Below are positions 53,605-62,657 of a DNA stretch of 64,000 nt, piece by piece (within the stretch, counting starts at the first letter, position 1; each line of letters opens with the position of its first letter). Below the pieces are notes generated by a model. The model saw only the letters and a program-made list of their open reading frames with translations, did not search any database and was not told where the DNA came from. The DNA comes from Planctomycetota bacterium (GTDB lineage Bacteria > Planctomycetota > B15-G4 > SIAN01), in assembly GCA_031409275.1 (NCBI GenBank), contig JANNXA010000050.1, positions 32,001 to 96,000 on the forward strand, given 5' to 3'. Position numbers and translations under genes: made by a program.

Positions 53605-54237
53605 ATGAGCTACCAGGAGCACGCGCCTCCGGCCGATCTCGAGCCGTACGTCGCGTGCTTCTGGACGCACACTGCAACGAGACGCGAATCGGCTGCGGCG
53701 GCGAGCCCCCGCCCGCCCCACGTCGTCCTGCCCGATGGCTGCGTCGACGTGCTGCTGCTGCGCGACGCACACCGCGCGGATGCCCCGCGCGCGTTCGTCG
53801 TCGGTGCGATGACGCGACCGCAGCAGGTCGACGGGGTGGAAGCGCTCGACGTCGTCGCCGTCCGCTTTCGCCCTGGCGGTGCAAGCGCCTTCTTCGATGC
53901 GCCGCTGGTCGAATGGCAGGACGACGACCTCCCGCTCGCGGAGGCGTGGCGCGATGTCCGCGAATTCGACGGCGACGCCCCCGCCGCGACGCGCGACGCG
54001 CTGCTCGCCGAGCTGCGGCGACGACGAGCGCGGCAAGGCGCGAGGCGCGGGCGCGCGGCACGACGACCTCGGCTGAGCCGCGATCGCCGCCCGATGTTCC
54101 ATTCCTGCAAGACGCCTCGACGTCGCACGACGATGCTCTTCCCGCGACTGCTGCGCCGTCGCTCCCGCGCCGTGCGGGAGCGCACCGACGAACCGCGCCG
54201 ACCCACCCTCCGGAGCTTTCGATGCCGGCCCAAGTGA
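53605..54237 (+). pseudogene. AraC-family regulator (DUF6597-type N-terminus) lacking its HTH
   Basis: YVACFW, VLPDGCVD and VRFRPG are present. After LLAELRRR the frame becomes Arg-rich with no AraC HTH and runs into the next gene. Confidence 0.65.
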
Positions 54238-54626
54238 ACAAGCTGACGCCCGTCCTCGTGGTCGAGTCGATCGAGCCGTGCCTCGCCTTCTGGATCGAGC
54301 GACTCGGCTTCACGAAGAGCGTCGAGGTGCCCGGGCCCGACGGCAAGGCGCTCGGCTTCGTGATCCTGCAGCAAGGCGCGATCGAGTTGATGTTCCAGTC
54401 GCGCGCCAGCATCGCGCACGACGTCCCGGGCCTTGGCAACGTCGGCGGCAGCGCCGCGCTCTTCCTCGAAGTGGAGAGCCTCGCCCCGATCCGCGCCGCG
54501 GTGGCCGGCCTCCCCGTCACCGTGCCCGAGCGCGAGACCTTCTACGGCACGCGCGAGATCGGCGTCCGCGAGCCGGGCGGCCACGCGGTGACGTTCGCCG
54601 AGTTCGTGAAGAAGCCGGGGAGCTGA
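54222..54626 (+). CDS. VOC/glyoxalase-family protein
   Basis: LTPVL.V, FW..RLGF and ETFYGTREI.VREPGG. Confidence 0.9.
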   Translation: MPAQVNKLTPVLVVESIEPCLAFWIERLGFTKSVEVPGPDGKALGFVILQQGAIELMFQSRASIAHDVPGLGNVGGSAALFLEVESLAPIRAAVAGLPVTVPERETFYGTREIGVREPGGHAVTFAEFVKKPGS

Positions 54627-54724
54627 GCCCGATCGGCGAAGTCGTGTAACGGCGCGCCTTCGATGCGGGTGTCACCTTCGAATCTCACGCGCCCACGCGG
54701 CGCTGAACCTCGAAGGAGCCTGCC

Positions 54725-56422
54725 ATGCCTCGCCTCGAACTCCGCCGTCTCGTGCGCCCCATCACCACAACCCTTGCGCTCGCCGCGGCGCCGCTCGCCC
54801 ACGCGCAGCTCGCCCACTCGATCACCTACGGCGACCAGTACGGCGAACGCCACGGCCACGCCATCGCCAACGTCGGCGACCTCGACGGCGACGGGCGCGA
54901 CAACCTCGTGGTCGGCTCGCCGCGCTACGACTTCGGCATCACCTTCAGCGCCGGCCGCGTCTACGTCTATCCCGAGGTCGGCAACAACGGGCCGATCTAC
55001 AAGCTCGACGGGACGCAGACCGGCGCGCAGTTCGGTCACGCGATCTGCGGCATCAGCGACTACGACGGCGACGGCGCCAACGACTTCGCGGTGGGCTCGC
55101 CGTACTGGAACACCGCGACGCTGACCGACGCGGGGAAGATCGAGGCGTTCAGCGGCAAGACGGGCCAGCTGCTCTGGACCGTCACGGGCACGGCGGCGAA
55201 CGAGCAGCTCGGCCTCGTGCTCGCGTCGTGCGGCGACCTCGACGGCGACGGCCGGCCCGAGTTCCTCGCAGGCGAGCCGGGCCCGAGCCAGGTGAAGATC
55301 TTCAACCGCGGCGGCAGCCTGCTGAACACGCTCTTCCGCGGCGGCGACGTCGCCTTCGGTACCAGCGTCTCGCGCACCGGCGACATCGACGGCGATGGCG
55401 TCGACGAGATCCTGGTCGGCGAGCCGGGCTACGACACCATCGTCCCGTTCCATCTCGACTGCGGACGGGTCGTGATCTACTCCGGCGCGACGCTCGGCTT
55501 CATCGATCACGTGGTGAGCACGGCCAGCTTCGAGCGTTCCGGCGAGAGCTGCGCCGCGGTGGGCGACATCGACCAGGACGGGACCGACGACTTCCTGATC
55601 GGCACGACGCAGGCGGACGCAGGCGGAAACACCGATTGCGGCAGGGTGTTCGGCTACAGCGGCGCCACCCGCCAAGCCTTCTTCCGGGGCTACGGCTCCG
55701 GCGCCGGCGTTCACATGGGCCACACGATGGTCGGCATCCCCGACATGGATCGCGACGGCTTCCCCGAGTTCGCCGCGACCGAGCTCGACGGCGGCGCGCT
55801 CGGCACCGGCGCGATCCACGTCTGGTCGGGCAAGGACTTCCACGAGCTGTGGAGCTTCGAGGGCTGGAGCGACTCGACCTCGACGAGCGAGCAGCTCGGC
55901 TACGCGCTGGCGGCCGGCGACTGGAACGGCGACGAGTACGGCGACTTCGTCTGGACCGATCCGCTCCACGACTCGAACTTCCTCGACGGTGCCGGCTTCA
56001 TCGAGCGCGGCGTGACGATCGCCCACCTCGGCTGCCCGGCGTGGACCGAGGAGTACGGCAGCGGCCTCGCCGGCACGAACGGCATCCCCCACCTGATCGC
56101 GCAGGATGCGCCGCACGTCGGCGACGACTTGAACGTCTTCGTCGAGAACTCGCTCGGCGCGCCGACGATCGCCGCGCTCTTCCTCGGCGTCGACCCGGCC
56201 ACCACGCCGTTCAAGGGCGGCACGCTGCTGGTCGACCCGGCGCTGACGCTGATCTTCCCGCTCGACGCGGCGGGCACGCTGTTGACCGGCGACATCGAGT
56301 ACGACGCGTCGCTCTACTTCGCCGAGTTCTACGTGCAGGTCGCCGAGGCCGACCCGAACGCGGTGAAGAAGATCTCGCTCACGCCGGGGCTCAAGATCCA
56401 CTGCGGGCTCGAGCTGCAGTAG
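54725..56422 (+). CDS. Exported FG-GAP/integrin-alpha beta-propeller protein with a C-terminal domain
   Basis: AAGGAG RBS, signal ending AHA-Q and 7 GDxDGDG-type repeats. Confidence 0.92.
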   Translation: MPRLELRRLVRPITTTLALAAAPLAHAQLAHSITYGDQYGERHGHAIANVGDLDGDGRDNLVVGSPRYDFGITFSAGRVYVYPEVGNNGPIYKLDGTQTGAQFGHAICGISDYDGDGANDFAVGSPYWNTATLTDAGKIEAFSGKTGQLLWTVTGTAANEQLGLVLASCGDLDGDGRPEFLAGEPGPSQVKIFNRGGSLLNTLFRGGDVAFGTSVSRTGDIDGDGVDEILVGEPGYDTIVPFHLDCGRVVIYSGATLGFIDHVVSTASFERSGESCAAVGDIDQDGTDDFLIGTTQADAGGNTDCGRVFGYSGATRQAFFRGYGSGAGVHMGHTMVGIPDMDRDGFPEFAATELDGGALGTGAIHVWSGKDFHELWSFEGWSDSTSTSEQLGYALAAGDWNGDEYGDFVWTDPLHDSNFLDGAGFIERGVTIAHLGCPAWTEEYGSGLAGTNGIPHLIAQDAPHVGDDLNVFVENSLGAPTIAALFLGVDPATTPFKGGTLLVDPALTLIFPLDAAGTLLTGDIEYDASLYFAEFYVQVAEADPNAVKKISLTPGLKIHCGLELQ

Positions 56423-56458
56423 CCGGCGCCAAGGTGCGACCCGCCGCCGCGCGAGCAT

Positions 56459-56713
56459 TCAGCTCCGCGGCGGCGCCTTCGGCGGGTCGCCGAGCTCCCA
56501 GCGCATGCGCAGGAAGAGCTGCTCCACCTTGGCGCGCGCCCACGGGGTCTTGCGCAGGAAGCGCAGGCTCGAGGTGACGGTCGGGTCGAACATGAAGCAG
56601 CGGATCGGGATCTCCTGCGCCATCGCGCGCCAGCCGACGCGCGCCGAGAGCTCGGTGATGATCGTCTCGAGCGTGATGCCGTGCAGCGGATTGCGGGGCT
56701 GGTGCGATTCCAT
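56459..56713 (-). CDS. VF530/DUF2132-family small protein
   Basis: NPLHGITLE and SSLRFLRKTPWARAKVE. Confidence 0.9.
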   Translation of the reverse strand: MESHQPRNPLHGITLETIITELSARVGWRAMAQEIPIRCFMFDPTVTSSLRFLRKTPWARAKVEQLFLRMRWELGDPPKAPPRS

Positions 56714-56721
56714 CGTCAGGT

Positions 56722-57249
56722 TCAGCTCCCGCGCCGGCGTGTGAGTTCGCGTGGATCGACGAAGCAGAGCCAGCGCATCAGCATCGCGCCCAGGAGCAGG
56801 CTCGCCGCGTGGAGGACGTGGTTCAGCCACGCGCGCTCGCCCGCCAGTTGCCCGGCCATCTTCAGGCCGAGCCAGTGATAGCTCTTCTCCAGTTCCATCA
56901 CGACGCACATCAGCGCGAAGAGGAGGAGGAAGGAGAAGCGGTAGAGCGACGACTGCCACAGCCGCTGCGTCTCGCGCCGATCGCGCGTGAACAGGCGCTT
57001 GATCACGTAAAGGCCGGCGATGCTGCACGGGACCGCCAGCAGCTTGAACCACTGCACGTTCAAGTCGCCAAGCCAGGTGCCGTCCGACGGCGCGCGCACC
57101 AGGTAGCGCAGCGGCGAGTCGCCCAGTCGCTCGCTCCAGCCGGGATCGATGTCCGTCAACAGGTCGGAGGCGAAGCGGCCCGCGCCGATCAACGCCAGCG
57201 GCACGGCGACGAGGAGCGAGGCGCTCGGCGAGCCGCCCTTCGTGCTCAT
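56722..57249 (-). CDS. Hypothetical membrane protein
   Basis: About 4 hydrophobic segments. ATGA overlap with the peptidase stop. Confidence 0.75.
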   Translation of the reverse strand: MSTKGGSPSASLLVAVPLALIGAGRFASDLLTDIDPGWSERLGDSPLRYLVRAPSDGTWLGDLNVQWFKLLAVPCSIAGLYVIKRLFTRDRRETQRLWQSSLYRFSFLLLFALMCVVMELEKSYHWLGLKMAGQLAGERAWLNHVLHAASLLLGAMLMRWLCFVDPRELTRRRGS

Positions 57250-59246
57250 GGCCGCCACTTCAGCAGCTCGTCGATCGTGTCGCGCGAGACGGCGTGGTAG
57301 CTCGCGCGCGCCTTGGCGTAGATCGACTGCGCAAGCGGCTTGCCCCAGTCGCTCTTCATCAGCTCCTGGTAGAGCGGCTTCAGGAACTTGCGCCGCCCCT
57401 GCGAGGTCAGGAAGTGGTCGAGCGCGGCGAACGCCGGCTCGTAGCGGTGCGTGATGCACGGCAGCAGCCAGGCGAAGAGCACCTCCGAATTGCCGCGCTG
57501 CGAAAGCGCGAAGGCTGCATCGAGTTCGGCGAGCTGCGCGTGGGTGGCGCTGGCGGGAAGCTGACGCAGGAAGTGCTGCCACTGCTGCGTCGTGAATCCC
57601 GCGACATCGAGGGAGCGCGCCGGCGTCCCGGCGAGGAACCGCTCCATCGCGGTGGTCGCGCGGGCGAGAGCGGTCGACGTCGCGCGCGGGCAGTTCGACG
57701 GCAGGCCCGGCCCATCGACCCACGCGGGGATCTGGAGCGCGCGCTTCCACTCCGGCTGTCCGGTCAGCAGTTCGCGGTCGAGGAAGGCGAGGAAGTCGTC
57801 GGTCGTGCGGCTCGTGAAGGCATTGCCGTCGAACCACGCGCGCAGGAAGCGGTCGAACCGCTCGCGCCCCACCGTTTCCTCGATCGCCTGCAGGAAGCGG
57901 GCGCCCTTCTCGTAGGCGATGTCGGTCATGCCGTCGTCGGGGTTGCGCCCCTCGAGCGCAAGGCGCAGATGAGTGTCCTTGCGCTGCCCCGCGGCGGTCA
58001 TCTCGGCGACGCTCTTCTCCAGATCCTGCAGCCCCAGCACGGCCAGCGCTTCGTCGAACTCCTCGCCGAAGAGCGCCTCCATGATCCGGTGCTCGAAGTA
58101 GACGGTGAACCCTTCGTTCAACCAGAAGTCGTTCCAGGTGGCGTTGGTGACCAGGTTGCCCGACCAGCTGTGCGCAAGCTCATGCGCGACCAGCGACACC
58201 AGCGAGCGATCGCCCGCGAGGATGGTGGGCGTCGCAAAGGTGAGGCGCGGGTTCTCCATGCCGCCGAACGGGAAGCTCGGCGGCAGGACCAGCACGTCGT
58301 AGCGCCCGAAGCGGTACGGGCCGTAGAGCTTCTCGGCCGCACCGATCATCGAGTCGAGGTCGACGAACTCGGCGGAGGCGCGCGCAATCACCGGCCGTTC
58401 GGCGTAGACGCCGCAGTTGCGGCCGAGCGACGCGAAGGCGAGATCGCCCACCGCGAGCGCCATCAGGTAGCTCGGGATCGGCTGCGGCATGTCGAACTCG
58501 TAGACCCCGTCGGCACGCGCGACCTGCGGATTCGACGCCGACATCAGCGCCAGCAGCGGCGGTCCGGGCGGCGCCTTCAACGCGATGCGCGCGGAGTAGG
58601 TCATTCGCACCGCCGGCGAGTCCTGGCAGGGAATCCAGGTGCGCGCGAGGATCGCCTGCGACTGCGTGAAGAGGAACGGCGACTTGCCGCCCGCCGTCTG
58701 TTCCGGCGCGAGCCACTGCACGGCGGCCGCGGCCGGGCTCGTCGCGTAGTCGATGTGGACCCACAGCACTTCGGCGCCGCCGCCAGCAACGGCAACAGCC
58801 ACCGGCGGGAGGTCGAGCGTGAGCGCGGCGCCGAAGTCGGGCTGCGCCGGACTCAAGGTGAAACGAGCCGGTTGCGCTGCCGCGAGGCCGCCCGCATTCG
58901 GCGCGGCGCGCGACGTCGTGACGCGCGCAATGGAGAGGTCACGCGTGTCGAGCACGAGTTGCGTGGCGCCGGGCTGCCGCGCCACCTCGAGGCTCGCGCG
59001 ACCCGCCAGCGTCTTCGTGGCGAAATCGACCGCGAGGTCGAGCTCGAGCCGCTGTACCCGCGCCTCCTCCGGTCGCGAAAAGGAGTGGCTGTCGCGCGCC
59101 ATGGATCGCTCTCCCACGTGGCCGGAAGTCGCCGATGCCGCGGTCGCGCCACCCGCCGCCGCTCTCGGCTCATCGAGCGCGCAGCCCAGCGCCGCAAACC
59201 CCAAGAGTGCCGCGCATCCGGTTCGTCGTCGCACGATCGTCCTCAC
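57246..59246 (-). CDS. M1-family zinc aminopeptidase (LTA4 hydrolase-like), probable lipoprotein
   Basis: GGMEN, HELAH-x18-E (WLNEG) and YEKG, with lipobox-like ALGC. GTG 59246 chosen; ATG 59102 is an alternative. Confidence 0.93.
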   Translation of the reverse strand: MRTIVRRRTGCAALLGFAALGCALDEPRAAAGGATAASATSGHVGERSMARDSHSFSRPEEARVQRLELDLAVDFATKTLAGRASLEVARQPGATQLVLDTRDLSIARVTTSRAAPNAGGLAAAQPARFTLSPAQPDFGAALTLDLPPVAVAVAGGGAEVLWVHIDYATSPAAAAVQWLAPEQTAGGKSPFLFTQSQAILARTWIPCQDSPAVRMTYSARIALKAPPGPPLLALMSASNPQVARADGVYEFDMPQPIPSYLMALAVGDLAFASLGRNCGVYAERPVIARASAEFVDLDSMIGAAEKLYGPYRFGRYDVLVLPPSFPFGGMENPRLTFATPTILAGDRSLVSLVAHELAHSWSGNLVTNATWNDFWLNEGFTVYFEHRIMEALFGEEFDEALAVLGLQDLEKSVAEMTAAGQRKDTHLRLALEGRNPDDGMTDIAYEKGARFLQAIEETVGRERFDRFLRAWFDGNAFTSRTTDDFLAFLDRELLTGQPEWKRALQIPAWVDGPGLPSNCPRATSTALARATTAMERFLAGTPARSLDVAGFTTQQWQHFLRQLPASATHAQLAELDAAFALSQRGNSEVLFAWLLPCITHRYEPAFAALDHFLTSQGRRKFLKPLYQELMKSDWGKPLAQSIYAKARASYHAVSRDTIDELLKWRP

Positions 59247-59346
59247 CGTCCCGAAAGCAGCTCGCCGCGAAACGGCGCAGGATGCCGGCGCGGCCGAGCG
59301 GGAGGAAGACCGGAGGAGCACCCGCAGGCGACCGCGCTCGAAAGCG

Positions 59347-59384
59347 ACGGCGGCGCCCGGCCCGCTCGGGCCGAACGCCGCCGT
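59347..59384 (-). terminator. Strong hairpin downstream of the HEAT gene, possible terminator
   Basis: ACGGCGGCGTTCGGCCC-GAGC-GGGCCGGGCGCCGCCGT (17 bp, 2 G-U) about 30 nt after the stop. The U-tail is weak. Confidence 0.45.
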
Positions 59385-59413
59385 TTCAAGAGCTCGATCG
59401 TCGGACGGTTGGG

Positions 59414-61510
59414 CTACTGCAAGAGCACGAAGTCGAGCGCCGCCGTGCGCAGGCGGTACTGGCTGTCGATCGCATAACCCGCCGACCAGGTCGGCGCGGC
59501 GCTCTCGCCGATGCGAGCGAGCGAGTCGACCGCCTGCCAACGAGTCGCGCGCCCCGTCGACGCGTCGTCGAGCAGCGCCACCAGTTCACCCGCGCTCCGT
59601 CGGCACTCGAACATGCCGAGCGCTTCGGCCAGCACCGCAGCGCTGGCATCGCTGGTCTCCCCTTCGAGGCGCGTCGCCAACCGCTCCATCGTTTCGAGCG
59701 AGCCCAGCCGCGCCAGCGCCCGCGCCGACGCGACCCGCAGTTCCGGCGAACTCGAATCGTCGTCGAGGCGCTCCGCGAGCGGCCGCCTGGCCATGGCCGC
59801 GACACCACCACCCGCCAACCCGAGCGCTTCGGCCCAGTAGGGCGCGCTCGACGTCGCCGCGTCGATCTCGAGGCGTCGCAGCAGTTCGGGCACCGCCGCG
59901 CGATCGCGCGCCAGACCCAACGCCAGACCCAGCGCCGCATCGGTCGAGGCGTTGCGCGAGATCGTCAACGCTTCGCGCAGCGTGGCGCACGCCTGGAAGT
60001 GACGATCCGAATCGCCCGCCTCGCCGCGCACGCCAATCCCGAGCGCGAGTGCGGCGAACGGCCGGTCGTAGGAGAGGCGCGGCGCGAACACGCGGTCGCC
60101 GAGGAAGTGCGCCACCGCGTCCGCAGCCGCTGCCGCCTCGGGATACGCCGCCGACGTCTCGAGCAGACGGCCAAGCGCCATGAAGGAGAACGAGCGCACG
60201 TCGGGCGCCCCGCGTCCGTCGCAGTTCTGCTGGAGGACCGAAACGAGTTCACCATCGCTGGCGCGGCCGAGCGCGCCGAGCGCGATGACGGCCGCCGTGC
60301 GCACCGCTTCGACCCCGTCGTCCGCCCCCGCGAGATGGACCAGCATCGGAAGCGCCGCGCGAGCGAGCGCCGGAGCGACGCGCGACATCGCGATCGCCGA
60401 CTGCGCGCGCACGAAATCGGTGGCGCGTGCATCGGCGAGCGTCGCCAGGAGCTTCGAGGCGACGGCTGGATTTTCGGGAGCAGCGTGCGCTGCGCCGAGC
60501 AGCGCCGCGCCGGTGATGTGCTCGCAATCGCAGGAGTCGGCCACCGCGAGCAGCGCCGCGGCACTCTCCGTCCCTTTCGCCAGTCCGAGCGCAAGCGCCG
60601 CGAGCTGGCGGCGACTGCAATCGATCGGACCGCCGGCGTCGACCAGAGCGCGCCCTTCGCGCGAGTCCGCCGCGATCGCCGCGAGCTTCGCGCGCGACTC
60701 GCCATCGCCGCAGAGGCCAAGCGCCACCAGCGCCGCGTCGCGCATGACGAGCCGATCGTCGTCGAGCGCGCGCACGACGAGCGGCGCCACCATCGCGCCG
60801 TCCCGCGCTCCCGCCACTCGCGCCAGCGCGAGCAGGGCAGCGCTCGCCACCTGCGGATCCTCATCGTGCAGCCGTTGCGCCAACCGCGGCCACAGCGTCG
60901 ATCGGAGGAACAGCGGATCGAGCGCTGCGACGTCGACGCGATCGGGGGTCTGGCCCGGCTCCGGCGAGGGCCAGAACGCGCCGCCACCGCTCCAGGCGAT
61001 GCCGTTCACGCGCCACCACTCTTCCCAACCGCCGATCGACTCGTCGTGCGCGCGGCGCGTGGCCGGGCCGCTGGCACGGGGCGCGCCGCCGGGCGGCGGC
61101 GGAGTGGCCGGTTTCGGATCGGCGCGCTTGGTCACGGGGCGCAACGCGGCCGGCGCCGGCTTTGGCGTCGCGGCCGGCGTGCTGTCGCGCTGGGCCGGTC
61201 CGTCCGACTTGGTCGACGGGCGCCGCGGGGTGGACGGGTGTTCGTGACCGTCCTTCGGGGTCGAGGTGCTGGGGCGGTCCTTGTCCGCTTCCGGCTTCTT
61301 CGTCTTGTCGCCGACGCCCTTGGTGCCTTTGCCGGACCCACCGGGTCCTTTGTGTCCCATCCCCGGTCAGAAACCCGGCGGCTCCGGCTGCTCGACGCGG
61401 CGATCGCCGGCGGGGTCGCCCGCCTGCGCCGATGCGGTGGCGACGAGGAGCGCACTGCCAGCTAGCAGCGCTCGGGTCAGGAGGAAGGGGGGATGCGATC
61501 GACGAGACAT
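59414..61510 (-). CDS. Exported HEAT-repeat protein with in-frame TGA at codon 48 (candidate selenoprotein, 698 aa)
   Basis: GGAGGT RBS, ATG 61510 and signal peptide MSRRSHPPFLLTRALLAGSALLVATASA are in frame with ORF 59414-61360 across TTC TGA CCG (61367-69). A WEEWW motif and many HEAT repeats follow. Confidence 0.75.
61334..61348 (-). promoter_or_regulatory. Candidate SECIS hairpin
   Basis: GGACCC-GGT-GGGTCC begins 18 nt 3' of the TGA. Confidence 0.45.
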
Positions 61511-61721
61511 GGAGCACCTCCGATTCGCAATGGGGACGACCTACGGCAGATCGGGTGGACGATCCGTGCCAAGGAAATGGCGTACCGCGGCGTCGCACTC
61601 GGGGCCGACCGCTCGAGCATCGACCCGAACGGTCACGCCGTGGTAACCGATCGAGCCCGCGCGCCGAGGAAGCCGCGATTCGCGCGGCAAACCGTGACAA
61701 GTCGCGTCCGGCCGCTCGCCG

Positions 61722-62657
61722 CTAATCCGCCATCAGCAACAGCGGCACGCCTGCTGTCGCGAGCAACGTCCCGAACCACGCGATCCAGCGATAGCGCTCA
61801 TGCAGGATCCCGACGGCCATCGGCAGCAGGAAGAGCGGTGTGGTCGACAAGAGGCACAGCGCGACGCTGGCGTCGAGATTCGCGTAGGCCGCCTGCTGCA
61901 AGAAGATGCCGAGGAAGGTCGCGAGGAAGACGGCGACGAGCTCCCTGCGCATCTGCGGCAGCATGCGCAGCGGCGCGAAGTCGATGGCGCCCCGTCGCAT
62001 CGCCAGCGTCGCCAGGAACGTCCCGACCGCCGCGCCGCTCATTCGCAATGTCGAGCCGGGCAGCACCCCGACCGCGCTGATCGCATGGTGCGTCATCACG
62101 CCGGCGGTCGCATTGCACAGCGACGACACGACGCCGCACAGCGTCCCGCTGATGCGCAGCCGTCGCGCAGCGGCGTCGGCGACCGCGTCGCTCGCCCCGG
62201 TCGTCTCACGCTTCGCTCGCCCGAAGATCACCAGCAGCACGCCGCCAAGCACCATCGCGATGCCGCCAAGGTCGCGCATGCCCAGCGATTCGCTGCCGAG
62301 CGCGAAGCCGAGCGCCGCCGACCAGATCGGCGAAAGCTGGTTCAACGCGATCGCCGGCTGCGCGCCGAGTCGCTTCACCGCCTCGAAGAGGAAGACGTCT
62401 CCGACCGCCAGACCGAGTGCGCCGGACAGCAGCAGCACGCCGCCGTCGCGGGTCGCGAGTGACCGCCACGCGACGCCACCGTCGATCAGCAACGTCGACG
62501 TCCAGAACAACAGCAACGCGATGGCGATGCGAAACGCGTTCATCGCGCGCGGACCGTGGCGCACGATCGCCGCCTTGAAGAGGACGGTCGAGATCGCCCA
62601 CGACGCGGACGCGGCGAGCGCGGCGCTACCGCCGGCGACCGCTGGCGACCACGTCAC
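61722..62657 (-). CDS. DMT/EamA-family transporter
   Basis: About 10 TM segments in two repeats (SWA...K, GLAVGD, SPIW, TTPLF...HER). Confidence 0.9.
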   Translation of the reverse strand: MTWSPAVAGGSAALAASASWAISTVLFKAAIVRHGPRAMNAFRIAIALLLFWTSTLLIDGGVAWRSLATRDGGVLLLSGALGLAVGDVFLFEAVKRLGAQPAIALNQLSPIWSAALGFALGSESLGMRDLGGIAMVLGGVLLVIFGRAKRETTGASDAVADAAARRLRISGTLCGVVSSLCNATAGVMTHHAISAVGVLPGSTLRMSGAAVGTFLATLAMRRGAIDFAPLRMLPQMRRELVAVFLATFLGIFLQQAAYANLDASVALCLLSTTPLFLLPMAVGILHERYRWIAWFGTLLATAGVPLLLMAD

